From: an uncultured Verrucomicrobiae bacterium
Lineage (GTDB): Bacteria > Verrucomicrobiota > Verrucomicrobiia > Limisphaerales > JAFGQR01
DNA: 64,000 nt
Direction: 5' to 3'
NCBI GenBank assembly: GCA_963788655.1
Contig: CAWBHS010000087.1
Coordinates: 64,001 to 128,000 of the forward strand
Shown: positions 45,038 to 56,203 of the stretch, piece after piece
How positions within the stretch are numbered: position 1 is the first letter of the stretch
Layout: the number at the start of each line of letters is the position of its first letter
The notes under the pieces: model-generated
What the model was told of the DNA's origin: nothing
What the model saw: only the letters and a program-made list of their open reading frames with translations
The model's database searches: none
Position numbers and translations under genes: made by a program

Positions 45038-46635
45038 ATGAACCTGATGAAAACTCGAATCGGTCTGCGGCGGCGCCTCGCTGTGTTTCTCAACATCGTG
45101 GCCGTAGCTCTCGTAGCAAGCATGTCTGTCGCTTACTCCGTTGCTCGCGGCCACGGCTCAGGACACGCCCCGGCGGCCCAATGTGATCGTCGTGTTCGAT
45201 GATCAGTTTCGTCCGGACTTGTGCGGGGCCTATGGCGGTGGTCAGAACATCACCACCCCGAACATCGATCGGCTGGCCCGTGAAGGAATCACCTTGGACA
45301 ACGCCGTCTCGACGTGCCCGCTCTGCACGCCGTTCCGGGCGATGTTGATGTCAGGGCGTTACGGCACCCACACCGCCTCGGTCCTGAACTTCACCCAGTT
45401 CAACCCGAACCAGCCCACCATCGCCAAGGCTTTTCAACAGGGCGGCTACCGCACCGGCTTCATTGGCAAATGGCACCTGGCGGCCGGTTATTTGAAAAAG
45501 GCCGGCAAGTTCAAACCCAATCAAACGGCGATCCGCGCCTATCGCGAGCAGCATCCCACTTGCGATTTTGTGCCGCCCGGCCCGGAGCGGTTGGGCTTTG
45601 AATTCTGGGCGGGGTACAATTTCCACGCCAATTTCCGCCAGGCACCGTATTACCGCGACCAACCGGAATTGCTCATCATGAACGGCTACGAAACCGACGC
45701 GGAATTCGACATGGCCATGGACTTCCTGCGGGCGCAATCCCGCGCGAAGGAGCCTTGCTTCCTGGTGGTGGCGCCGCATCCGCCGCATCCGCCATTCACG
45801 CCCGCGGCGTGTCCTCCCGGTTACCTGGAGAAAATCCCCACCCACCTCGTCTGAGTCGCCGAACGTGCCGATCAATCATCCCCGGCGCGCGCACCCCCTG
45901 CAAATGCGCTGTTACCTGGCGATGGCAAAAAACTTCGATGACAACCTGGGGCGCCTGCTCCGGTTCCTCGACGAGTCGCGCCTGGCGGGCAATACCATCC
46001 TGGTGTTCACATCCGACCACGGCGAAATGCACGGCAGCCACGGGCGAACCGACAAAATGGTGCCTTATGCCGAGGCGGTAAACATTCCGTTGATCATCCG
46101 TTGGCCGGGACACATCGCCGCCGGCACGCGCACCCCCACGCTCGCGACGCCGATGGATCACCTGCCTACGCTGTGCGCCCTCGCGGGCCTGCCCATTCCG
46201 AATGGCATCGATGGCCTGGACCTCAGCCGCGAGATTCTTGGTCAAGGCACGGTGTCACGCGACACCGTGTTGATGATGAACTACAGCTCGCACTGGGACT
46301 ACTTTCAGTCCGGAACCAGTTGGCCGGAGTGGCGCGGCGTTAAGACCCAACAATACACCTACGCCAAGTGGCTCACCGGCCAGGAGGAACTTTACGACAA
46401 CCTGGCTGATCGCTACCAAATGACCAATCTCGTTGCCTCGCCCGACCATCAAGACATCCTCCGTCGGCTTCAGTCCCAACTGCAAGAGCTGCTGGCCCAG
46501 GCGGATGACCGGTTCTTGCCAGGCACTGCCTACGCCGATTGGTTCGACGACGAGCGCAACGTGATCCGCACGGCCTTGGGACCAGTCACCCGAACCACGC
46601 CAAACCCGCCCAAGGCTTCGCTCGAATCAAAATAG
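45038..46635 (+). CDS. Sulfatase (S1; frameshifted)
   Basis: RPNVIVVFDDQ, TPNIDRLA.EG, CTPFRAMLMSG (CxPxR), GKWHL, FTSDHG. Confidence 0.92.
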
Positions 46636-46752
46636 GATTACTGGCTTTTGTTGGGTTTGCTGGCGAGAGAAATGATCCGATGCCCGGAGGACTTTTGGCG
46701 GCGGCGCGCGTCGTCCAGAATCGTTCCCAGCCGCCTGGCACGCCAAGCGTGC

Positions 46753-46769
46753 TTGCCAATCATTGGCAA
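46753..46769. promoter_or_regulatory. Perfect palindrome upstream of the RHH antitoxin; candidate auto-operator
   Basis: TTGCCAAT-C-ATTGGCAA about 20 nt before the ATG. Confidence 0.5.
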
Positions 46770-46788
46770 TAGATATTTTCCATGGCGC

Positions 46789-47051
46789 ATGAAGATGGAT
46801 ACCATGAATATTTCACTCCCCGGACCGATGGCGGAGTTTGTGCCGGCAACCGTGGAACGTGACTACGGCAACGCCAGCGAATTCTTTCGCGACCTGGTGC
46901 GGGAAAAGATCCGCAAGGAAGTCGAGGCCGATGTGCGCTTTTTGAAGGCAGCCACCCGTGGTGCGCCGGCGGGACCGGAGGACGCGGACATCGAGAAATC
47001 CTTCGAATCCAAAAACAGGTGCGAAAGGAAATCCGTGCGCGTCGTCATTGA
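46789..47051 (+). CDS. Ribbon-helix-helix (ParD/CC2985-like) antitoxin (apparent 1-nt frameshift near the 3' end)
   Basis: TMNISLPGPMAEFV...YGNASEFFRDLVR. Confidence 0.75.
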
Positions 47052-47148
47052 CGCCAATGTCGCTGCGGCGGGACTGCTCGTCCTGAGTAAACCGTTCGGT
47101 GTTGAGATTCTTCGGCCCGCAGCCTTTTTGAGGCGCATTACCGCTTGA
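47035..47148 (+). pseudogene. PIN-domain toxin remnant with a large internal deletion
   Basis: MRVVIDANVAAAG is joined directly to the PIN-like C-terminal LLVLSKPFGVEILRPAAFL; only 37 aa. Confidence 0.7.
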
Positions 47149-47167
47149 GGCGGTCGCGTTCGGTTTA

Positions 47168-47299
47168 GAGCCTGTTTGAAAAATGGTAGCAGCCGACGTA
47201 AGGAGGCTCATTCATTTCGGGCGTGGCACGGTTTTCCGAGGAAAAATGAGCCTCCTCACGTCGGCGGCTTCGGACCGGTTAGAGTTTTAAAACAGGCTG
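47168..47299 (+). mobile_element. About 130-bp MITE (family A doublet inside TIRs)
   Basis: gagcctgtttgaaaa ... ttttaaaacaggct; close copy of 25268-25399. Confidence 0.88.
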
Positions 47300-47686
47300 C
47301 TAACGATTCTCCCTCTTACAGGTCAACTGGCCTCGGGTTCGAACAGATCCCAAACTTGATTCTCAATGGTGATGCCCACCAGTTTGTCGATGACGAACTG
47401 ACCTTCCCGCGAGCCATTGAGTCGAGCAGCCAGCATCAGCCCCATGTTGGCCCCGGCCCCGGTCGATTCGGGATCGCCCATGGCAACGGCAGCTAAACCA
47501 GCATGAGGTTCCACGTGAGAGTGCATAAGGCGCCTCGGGTAAGCTTCAAACAACGTTTGCCAGATCCAGGCCTGGTTACCTGCACTGAAACTGACCGGGG
47601 GGCCATCTGAATTTCTGCACAACAGTCGGTGAGTCAAATTGCCGCGGCTTGCTTTCAATCTGGTCGTGGCCTACCCTGGCCGCGTT

Positions 47687-47920
47687 GTGAAACTGCCGTT
47701 CATCAATGTTGAAGAAGACATCGGCAAGGTCGTCGGGCGACGTACGAAAGCGCCGGATGCCTTCGAAAGCGGCATGAAGTTGCAGACGCTGGCGGCGCAG
47801 TTGCACACCTCTTTCAAGCATCGCTGGGCGCCAAAGGGTGTTTACCGTTTTAAAACCCATGAGGAAGCGGACGAATGGATGAACCGAATGCTGGCGCGAA
47901 GCCAGATCCCAAGGAGCTAG
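47687..47920 (+). CDS. Small hypothetical partner of the nucleotidyltransferase
   Basis: PKGVYRFKTHEEADEW; TTGCTT-17-TACCCT 9 nt upstream; overlaps the next gene. Confidence 0.65.
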   Translation: MKLPFINVEEDIGKVVGRRTKAPDAFESGMKLQTLAAQLHTSFKHRWAPKGVYRFKTHEEADEWMNRMLARSQIPRS

Positions 47921-48406
47921 AGCCGCGCCCGCCAGTCGAGGCCGACCTCGTGGCCCTTGGCCGCGAATTAAATCAGCGTGGTGCTCGCTACGTCGTGGTG
48001 GGCGGCTTCGCGGTCATTGCCGCCGGCTTGCCCCGGATGACCGGGGACATTGACCTGATGGTGGCCGCGGACCGCGAGAATGAAGCCAAGATCTTCTCCG
48101 CGCTTTCCACCCTCCCCGACAACGCCGTCCGGGAGCTGCAACCAGGGGAGCTGCCAGCAATACCACGTTATCCGCGTGGCGGATGAAATTCTGGTGGATT
48201 TGATGTGCTCGGCTGGAGGTATTGACTACGAGGAAGCGGCCAAAGACGTGGTCGTGCGCGAGATTCAAGGCGTGCCCATTCCTTTCGCGTCGCCGCGTTT
48301 GCTGTGGCGCATGAAGGCGGTCACCCATCGCGAGAAGGACGCGGCGGACCTGGTCTTCCTTCGCTACTGGTTTGCGGAACGCGGGGAAAAGCCGCCGTGC
48401 GTTTGA
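47875..48406 (+). CDS. Pol-beta-fold nucleotidyltransferase (frameshift near 48155)
   Basis: YVVVGGFAV...PRMTGDIDL; LLWRMK...REKDAADL. Confidence 0.8.
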
Positions 48407-48470
48407 TGAAGAAGGGAGAAATCTGGCTTTCCTGTCGTCCGGCTGGAGGTAAAGTTGCGGTTAACGGATT

Positions 48471-49433
48471 ATGAAAACCTATGCTGTCGCTTGGTGGAAC
48501 TTGGAGAATTATTTCGATGTCGAAAATTCTGCGAATCGAACGGACAAACTGCAGCGCACGTTGAAGGGCGAGCTCAAGGGCTGGACCGAGGCCATCCTGG
48601 AACGTAAGACCCAGCAACTCGCCCGCATCATCCGCCAATTGAACGGCGGCCGGGGGCCGGATCTGATGGGTGTGTGCGAAGTGGAAAACCCGGCGGTGGT
48701 GCAACGCCTGGTTGGGGCGCTGGCCGACTTGGGCCGCCCGTACCAGATTGCGCATCACGATACTTCCGACGAGCGGGGCATTGACGTGGCGTTCCTTTAT
48801 GATTCGAGCCTGTTCACGGCCGAGGAACAATTCTCCCACGTCATCGTCAAACGGTCGGCCACGCGCGAACTGTTCCAAGTCAACTTTCGCACCGCGGCCC
48901 AGCGGATGCTTGTGGTCGTGGGTAATCATTGGCCCTCCCGCTCGGCCGGCATTTATGAGAGCGAACCTTACCGCATCCTGGCCGGGGAAACGCTCAGCTA
49001 TTTCTGTGAGCGCATCGAAGAGGTGCTCGGCGACGACACCCCGATCCTGGCCCTGGGCGATTTCAACGACGAACCCTCCAACCGTTCGCTGACCGATTAC
49101 GCGCTAAGCGAGCGCAACCGCACCAAAGTGGTCTATGCCAATTCGCCCAAATTCCTGAACCTGATGTGGCCCCTCATGGCCCAGGGATTGGGCACGCATT
49201 ACTACAACAACGACCCGACCCTGCTGGATCAATTCCTCGTCTCGGGCGGTTTTTTGAAATCGAAGGCAAAAGTGAAAGTCGTGGAGGACTCGGCCTCTGT
49301 CGTGCAACTCCCGGAAATGACCTCCACCAAACGTTACCCGGCGCCCATTCGCTTCGGACGGCCCTCGTCGGGGCTCGACCTGAATGGCTTCAGCGATCAT
49401 TTCCCCATCGCTCTGATACTGCAGGAGAGCTAA
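48471..49433 (+). CDS. Endonuclease/exonuclease/phosphatase family protein
   Basis: WNLENYFD, CEVEN, DERGIDVA, NHWPSR, GDFND, LDQ, SDHFP. Confidence 0.92.
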   Translation: MKTYAVAWWNLENYFDVENSANRTDKLQRTLKGELKGWTEAILERKTQQLARIIRQLNGGRGPDLMGVCEVENPAVVQRLVGALADLGRPYQIAHHDTSDERGIDVAFLYDSSLFTAEEQFSHVIVKRSATRELFQVNFRTAAQRMLVVVGNHWPSRSAGIYESEPYRILAGETLSYFCERIEEVLGDDTPILALGDFNDEPSNRSLTDYALSERNRTKVVYANSPKFLNLMWPLMAQGLGTHYYNNDPTLLDQFLVSGGFLKSKAKVKVVEDSASVVQLPEMTSTKRYPAPIRFGRPSSGLDLNGFSDHFPIALILQES

Positions 49434-49436
49434 CCC

Positions 49437-52400
49437 ATGTATTCGGGCATGAAGCGATTTGCTTGGGCCGGCTTATGGAGCAATCCCCGGCGGCGAAAAT
49501 GGCTGCTCTGGAGCGGGGGCGCGTTCCTGCTTTATACCCTCGGGGGTTTCCTGCTCGTGCCGGCGCTCGTCAAATGGCAACTGCTCAAGCAACTTCCCCC
49601 GGCCACCCATCGCCTCGCCTCCGTGCGCGAGGTGAAGTGTAATCCGTTCGCACTGTCACTCACCGTGCGCGGGTTGGCGCTGACGGAGACAAATGGCGCG
49701 CCTTTCGCGGGCTTCGAGGAATTTTACGCGAACTTCCAACTCTCCTCGATTTTCCGGCTCGCTTGGACGTTTGACGCGCTTCGTTTGCAGGAGCCGCGCG
49801 CGGAAATCGTGCTGGCGAAGGATGGACAATTCAACTTCGCCAACCTGTTCGTCAACACCAACGCCCCGCCACCGTCTAAGACCGAGCAGCCAGCGGGGCT
49901 GCCGAGTTTGCTGATCTTTAACCTCGTCGTCACCAACGGCTACGTGGGCTTCGTGGACCTCACACGCCAGACGCCCTTTCATACAGCCTACGAGCCGATC
50001 AATCTTCACCTAACCCACTTCACGACGGAGCCGGATCGGCGCAGCCCGTATTCCTTCAAAGCCACGGGCGACAGTGGACGTTTGATCGCGTGGACCGGAA
50101 CCATCACCGCGCAGCCGTCCGCATCGAGCGGCACGCTGCAAATCGAGGGCATCGCATTGCCGAAGTTTGCTCCGTACCTAGCCGACTTCACGCGCGCCCA
50201 ACTCACGGCGGGGACGTTGGACGTGGAAGGCGACTACCACTTCGCGTCGGACACGAACGGCCTGGACTTGGCGGTGTCGAATCTTGCGGCCACGGTGACC
50301 GGCTTTGCGCTCAAGGATCCGGATTCCGGGGAGAAGATAGTGGCACTGTCCGCTTATGAACTGCGTGACGGCTCGTTCGACTGGCGGACGCGGCAAGTGC
50401 GGATTGGCTCGTTGGCGGTGAAGGATCCATCGGTGCTGGTGCGGCGGCGGGCCGACGGCACGATCAACCTGCCTTCGCTGGTTTTGCCACGGGCCACCCC
50501 GGCCAACGCCCCGGCCATCGCGCCAACGAATCCGCCCCCCGCAGATTCGCCCTGGGTTTTCACGTTGGACGATTACCGGCTCGAACGCGGCACGGTGCAG
50601 TTCGTGGACGCCATGGTGCCGGGGCCGTTCCGCACGACGCTCCAGCCGGTCAGCGTGCGCCTCGAGCATTTCACCACTGCGCCCAACACCGGCGCCGCGC
50701 TTCACGCTGACGTCACTACCGAAGCCGCCGAAACCATCAGCCTCGCGGCGGACTGCTCGATCAATCCCATCCAGGCCACGGGCCAGCTCAAGCTGGGGGC
50801 CATCGACTTGAAGAAATACCAGCCGTATCTCGCGCCGTTCTTCCGCGGGCAGGTCGTGGCGGGCAAGACGGATTGCACGGTGGAGTTCAGCGAAAGACAC
50901 CAAACAAATTCGGATGACATGACAGTTTCAAACGCCGTCGTGCGCGTGTCGGATTTGCAGATCAAGTCTCCCGATGGCGGCGAAACCGTGGTGAAGGTGC
51001 CCAGTTTCGCAGTGGAGAGCGTTACTGCCAGCCTGGCGGCAAAAGCGGTTCACGTTGGCGCGATCCAGTCCAGCGGCGCGACTATTCTCGCGCGCCGCGA
51101 CGCCAACGGGGCCATAAATCTTCTCGATTTGCTCGCCACCAATGCGCCTTCCGCGAACACGACGAACGCCTCTCCGCCTCCCGCTGCCGGCGCGCCTTGG
51201 CGCATTGTTTTGGACGAACTGGCGCTCCGCGATTATGCGCTGCATCTCGAAGACCGGCAGACGCCCAAGCCCGGCGTGCTCGACGTGGATCAGCTCGCAC
51301 TGAAGCTGAGCGGTGTCCATTACCCCAGCAATGCACCGGTGCAACTGGATTTCACCACGCGCGTGAATGCCGCCGGGAGCGTGACAGTGCGCAGTTTGGT
51401 CTGGCCATATTCGCCCGCGACGGACGCGGAGCTGGAGATTGCCGGTCTGGATCTGCGCGGGTTCCAACCGTGGATCGAGCCGATGGTCAAGCTCAGCATT
51501 AACCGCGGCGCGCTGAACACGAAGGGGCGGGTCCGGTTCGCTCCAGGAGATGGCCCTGGACCGACGCTGCACTTTACGGGCGACCTGGACGTGACGAATC
51601 TCCTGACTTCGGACCAGGTGCTCTTCAAGGAATTTGTGCGCTGGGACGAACTGACGGTCAACGGCATTGACCTCGGCTTGCAGCCCAACCAGGCGAAGGT
51701 GGCGCAGGTCCGATTTGCCGGGTTGAAGACCAGCGTCATCATCGGACCGGACAAGCGTCCAAACTTCCTGGCAATCCTGCCCGCCGCCACTGAGACGAAC
51801 ACGACGCCCGCCCCCGCGACGACGGCGGCGGAGCCGTTCCCGATACAACTGGGCGAATTGAAGTTCGAGAATGCGTCGATCCATTTTGGCGACCAATCGA
51901 TTCAGCCGCCGTGCTCGTTCGACTTGAAACAATTCGCGGGCACCATCCAGGGACTTTCCACGAAAAAGGATTCGCAAGCGGAAGTGGCGTTGGCCGGCAA
52001 AGTGGACGATTCGTCGCCGTTCGGGTTGCACGGCACGGTGCATCCGCTGGCGAACGAACTCGCGCTGGATTCAGTCTTCACGAACCGCAACTTGCAGCTC
52101 ACGCCCTTCGCTCCTTACATGGCGAAATACGTCGGCCATCCGTTGAACAAAGGGCGCCTCTCGCTTAATCTCGATTACTCGATCCACACCAACGCCCTCA
52201 AAGCCGAGAACCAGGTGCGCATCGACCAACTCATGCTCGGCCCGCGCAACGACAGTCCCGACGCGCCCAAGCTGCCCATCAAGCTCGCCGTGGCCTTGCT
52301 CAAGGACAACGACGGACGCATCGAACTCGATCTCCCACTCTCGAACCGGATCGATGATCCGAACTTCAACCTCTTGCCGATCATTGGCAAGGTCATCGGC

Positions 52401-53196
52401 AACGTCATCGTGAAAGCCGCGGCTTCGCCCTTCAAGCTGCTGGGTGCGCTGGTGGGCGGTGGCGAGGAAATGAGCTATGTGGATTTCGCTCCCGGTCAGG
52501 CGCAACTGATGGGAAGCGAAACCAACAAGCTCGACAAGCTGGTTCGCGCCCTCGAAAAACGGCCTGCCCTGAATCTCGAAATTGAAGGTTCCTTCAACCC
52601 GGCTGCCGACCGCGACGCGCTGGCCCGTGACCTCGTCCAGGAACAGATTAAGGCCGCGCGGTTGAAGGAGCTTTCCGCCATCGGACAAACCCCGCCCGCG
52701 GGCGAGAGTTTTCAGATCGGATCCCGCCGAAGCCGAACGCCTCCTGCGAGCGAGCGTGACCAAGAATTTCGGCACCAACCTCACCACCGCCATTCAAGCG
52801 CTGGCGGCCCGGGCAGCGAACACCAACAACATTGCCGCCCGCCCGGCAACCCGCAGTCCGGGACTGTTCAAACGAATCCTGAGTCTGTTCCGGTCACGGA
52901 AGAAACGCGCCGCCATTTCCCTGGCCCATCGCAACGCCAAGACGGACGAGCTGCTGCTCAAACAGAACCCCGAACTGGCCTCACTGACCATCGACGACAT
53001 GGAATTGCTGCTGGCCGCGAAAACTGAAGTGCCGCCGGATCGCCTGCAACAGTTGATGCAGGACCGCGCCAAGGCGGTGCAGGCTTACTTGCTCTCCGTG
53101 GGCAACGTTGCGGCGGACCGCCTCTTCCTCGTTGCTGCTCCCAAACCTGACGCCTCCTTCAAAGGCGATGCCCGAGTGAACCTTTCCATCAACTGA
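49437..53196 (+). CDS. DUF748 domain protein (frameshift near 52725)
   Basis: N-terminal TM, repeated DG.(F/I)N motifs, LPIKLAVALLKDNDGRIELDLP, ASPFKLLG, RAKAVQAYL. Confidence 0.88.
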
Positions 53197-53260
53197 CGGC
53201 TTCCCGAAGGAAACGCTGCTGGTTGGGGGGTAAACTCAAACGGTTGCTACAATCTACAAT

Positions 53261-53302
53261 GTCGGCGGCGGCTACGACGTGGCGGGATTTTAAAACAGGC
53301 TC
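53261..53302 (+). mobile_element. Right half of the family A MITE
   Basis: gtcggcggcggctac ... ttttaaaacaggctc. Confidence 0.65.
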
Positions 53303-53383
53303 TTACGCGCTGTCCTAATCGCTTCCCCTTGAAACTTGAGCCCGAGCAGAGTTGGACCCGGAATGCTAACTTAATTTCTGCGT

Positions 53384-53614
53384 TTGGTGGTCCAAACGTT
53401 GGGGTCCACCTCTGGCCATTGGTCAGCGAAATCCAACAAGACCTACCAAGTTGTCAAGAGCCTTGACCTTCTCGGGTGGACCAACGCCCTAGCCGGTGCC
53501 GGCGCTTGCCAGCAGAGCCGCCAAACGGTTTCCACGAACGGGGTGCTGAAGTACATCGACCCGGCTTCTTCATCCAACACAAAAGCATTCTACCGCCTCG
53601 ACCTAGCGGAATAG
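53384..53614 (+). pseudogene. Orphan C-terminal module of a surface protein
   Basis: WSAKSNKTYQV.KS.DL..W...Y.DP....KAFYRL resembles the SYTIQFKES...W...RIYRI module in the LTD protein. Confidence 0.5.
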
Positions 53615-53790
53615 CAGCAATTTTGTACGCCTTGCAGACGGCACTTCCGCGACACAGCAGATTACCAATGTGCGCTACGCTTTCGGGCTACGCGCGCATA
53701 CAAATATCCGACCAATGGGTAGTTTAAGATTTCACTTCTTCGAGTTTCGGCCTTCGGATTTCTTTCGACCTTCGGCTTCGTTCCCACCCT

Positions 53791-55098
53791 TCATTTCAGT
53801 CCCGTGAGCGCCGGCAGCCACAAGGAAATGGCCGGTATGTAAGTCACCAGTAGCAAGGCGACAATCAGCGCTACGAAGAACGGGATCAACGCCGGGGTTA
53901 CTTTGGCCAGGGTTGTCTTGCCGACGCCGCAGCCAACAAATAAGCAGGTGCCGACCGGGGGCGTACACAAGCCGATGCAAAGATTGGCAATCATCATGAT
54001 GCCGAAATGCACCGGGTCCATTCCGAATTGCTTCACCACCGGCCAGAAGATGGGCGTGAAAATCAGCAGCGCCGGGGTCATGTCCATAAAGGTGCCCACC
54101 GCCAGCAGCAGCACATTGATCAACAGCAGCAGCACGATCTTGTTGTCCGAAATACCGAGCAGGAAGGCACTGACCTGTTGGGGAATTTCCTGGACCGTCA
54201 GAATCCACGACATCGCCATCGAGGTCGCGATCAGCAAGAAAACCACCGCCGTGGTGATGCCGGCTTGCAGGAGAATGTCGGGCAGATCCCGGATTTTGAC
54301 TTCGCGGTAAACGACCACCGACAGCACGAATGCGTACGCCACCGCCACCGCGGCGGCTTCCGTGGCGGTGAACACGCCATTCATGATGCCGCCCAGCACC
54401 ACCACGACCAGCATGAGGCTCCAAAACGCCCGGCGCAGCGCCTTCCCCACGCTCCGCCAGGACACGGCTTGGCCCGTACCGCGATGACGCCGGACGCACA
54501 ACAAGCCGGCGGCCAACATCAACAGCAAACCAAAAACCACGCCCGGCAGGATGCCCGCCACGAAGAGTGTGGCGATGGAAACCGCCCCGCCGGAAACCAG
54601 CGCATAGACAATCATGATGTTGCTGGGCGGAATGAGCAGACCCGTCGTGGCCGCCGTGGTGGTGATCGCCACGCTGAATTCCCGGTCATAGCCCTTGCGG
54701 TTCATTTCCGGGATCATGAAGCCGCCCACCGAACTGACCGCCGCCGTGGCCGAACCGCTGACCGCGCCAAAGAGCATGCACGTAAGCACGTTCACGTAGC
54801 TCAAACCGCCCGGCAACCGGCCCACCAGCGCGTTCGCCAGATCCATCAACCGGCGCGCAATCCCGCCCTGCCCCATCAGCGAGCCGGAAAGGATGAAAAA
54901 CGGAATGGCCAACAGGGAAAAGCTGTTGATCCCGGTGGCCATTCGTTGCGCAATGGTGGCCGCGGCTATTTCCCACGAGCCCATCGCCAGGATCGCCGTG
55001 AAAAACGTGGAAAGACAAATCGCCACCGCCACGGGCACATTGAACGCCAGCAGGACAACAAACGTCGCCACCAGAATGAGCACGGGCGCATCCATCAA
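53791..55098 (-). CDS. dctM: TRAP transporter large permease
   Basis: LLAIPFFIL, FGAVSGS, LIPPS, FTATEAA, DPVHFG, TPPVG. Confidence 0.95.
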   Translation of the reverse strand: MMDAPVLILVATFVVLLAFNVPVAVAICLSTFFTAILAMGSWEIAAATIAQRMATGINSFSLLAIPFFILSGSLMGQGGIARRLMDLANALVGRLPGGLSYVNVLTCMLFGAVSGSATAAVSSVGGFMIPEMNRKGYDREFSVAITTTAATTGLLIPPSNIMIVYALVSGGAVSIATLFVAGILPGVVFGLLLMLAAGLLCVRRHRGTGQAVSWRSVGKALRRAFWSLMLVVVVLGGIMNGVFTATEAAAVAVAYAFVLSVVVYREVKIRDLPDILLQAGITTAVVFLLIATSMAMSWILTVQEIPQQVSAFLLGISDNKIVLLLLINVLLLAVGTFMDMTPALLIFTPIFWPVVKQFGMDPVHFGIMMIANLCIGLCTPPVGTCLFVGCGVGKTTLAKVTPALIPFFVALIVALLLVTYIPAISLWLPALTGLK

Positions 55099-55604
55099 TC
55101 GTTCTCCTTTCTTCGCCCACGCAGAACCGCAATCCGCTCGGCGATCGTTTCGAGCGCGAACACGAGAATAAAGAATCCGCTGATCGGCAACGCCAGATAG
55201 ACATGCCCCATCTTCACACCCAGCGCCGGCGACACCTGATTGGTGAGCAGCGCCAGGGAAATCAGCTTGATGCCGCCCAGAATCAGAATGGCGCCCGCGA
55301 AGAAACCGATCAAGCCATAGACGCCGATCTCGATCCCCAACTGGCCGCGCCTTGGGAACTTCTCCACGAGCACGTCCACGCCCAAATGGCTCTTGCGAAT
55401 GAAGGCGATACTGCTGCCCAGCAAGGCCACCCAGATGATCAGCAGCGTGGCCAGTTCATCGGTCCACGAACTGGGACTGCGCAGCGCGTACCGCGTGAAT
55501 ACCTGCCAAAGTACGTCCAGTACCAGGCCGCCCATCAGCAATATGACGCCGATTTCCAGACCGCGAACCAGAATCTTTTTTAGATTGATGAGGAACGGTA
55601 ACAT
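55095..55604 (-). CDS. dctQ: TRAP transporter small permease
   Basis: QVFTRY...WTDELA...HLGVD...SPALG; 4 TM segments. Confidence 0.93.
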   Translation of the reverse strand: MLPFLINLKKILVRGLEIGVILLMGGLVLDVLWQVFTRYALRSPSSWTDELATLLIIWVALLGSSIAFIRKSHLGVDVLVEKFPRRGQLGIEIGVYGLIGFFAGAILILGGIKLISLALLTNQVSPALGVKMGHVYLALPISGFFILVFALETIAERIAVLRGRRKEND

Positions 55605-55640
55605 GCGGAGATGCAGGGACAGAGTGATGCTTTAGAATGA

Positions 55641-56160
55641 CCGGATGCCAGATGCCGGATGCTGGATTTGGGATTGAAATACATTGGTGGTTTTGGGAGA
55701 GATCGCCACCCAGTTGGCGTGAGCGGTTTGCAATTGAGCTCGGTAAGTCGCGAAGCGTTTGGAGTGCGTGGAGCTTGCTCCCGCTTTCGTCGGCTGTGCG
55801 ACGTGCAAAACTGCAGACCGCGCGTCCAACAATTCGGTCGGCTTTCCCATCCGAAAGCGCCGGCAAGCCGGACGCACTCCCAACGCTGGCGCGATGGTTG
55901 AACGGACTCCGAACTTCGCGAAGCGTCTTGAAGTGCGGCCGCCCTCTGCCGTTTTTGAACGCAGTGCCGCCCATCGAAAGCGACAAGACTGCCGCGCTCC
56001 AAAACCTGGCGGCTGGCCGAGTGGTTTCATTGACTCCGAGGGCAACCTCTGGCTTTGTCGGAGGACTCGGCGAGCTTGACAGTTCTGGGAAGATCGACCG
56101 CCGTCGACTGGTTGGCGCCGACGTTTCCCCTCACCCTGACCCTCTCCCCCAGGAGAGGGA
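55641..56160. repeat. Repeat mosaic between dctP and dctQ
   Basis: GGATGCC-type array at 55641-55672; four family B REPs at 55748-56012; cccctcaccctgaccctctcccccaggagaggga at 56127-56160. Confidence 0.85.
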
Positions 56161-56203
56161 AAAGCTGCGGATCCTGCCATGTTCTTTGGATGCATCGTGG
56201 TCT

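Noticed and set aside
47323..47658. Minus-strand 111-aa ORF
   Set aside because: Possibly a gene fragment, but I cannot assign a family or a credible start.
55748..56012. CRISPR array among the repeat clusters
   Set aside because: Repeats alternate in orientation, are degenerate and irregularly spaced, and no cas genes are present.
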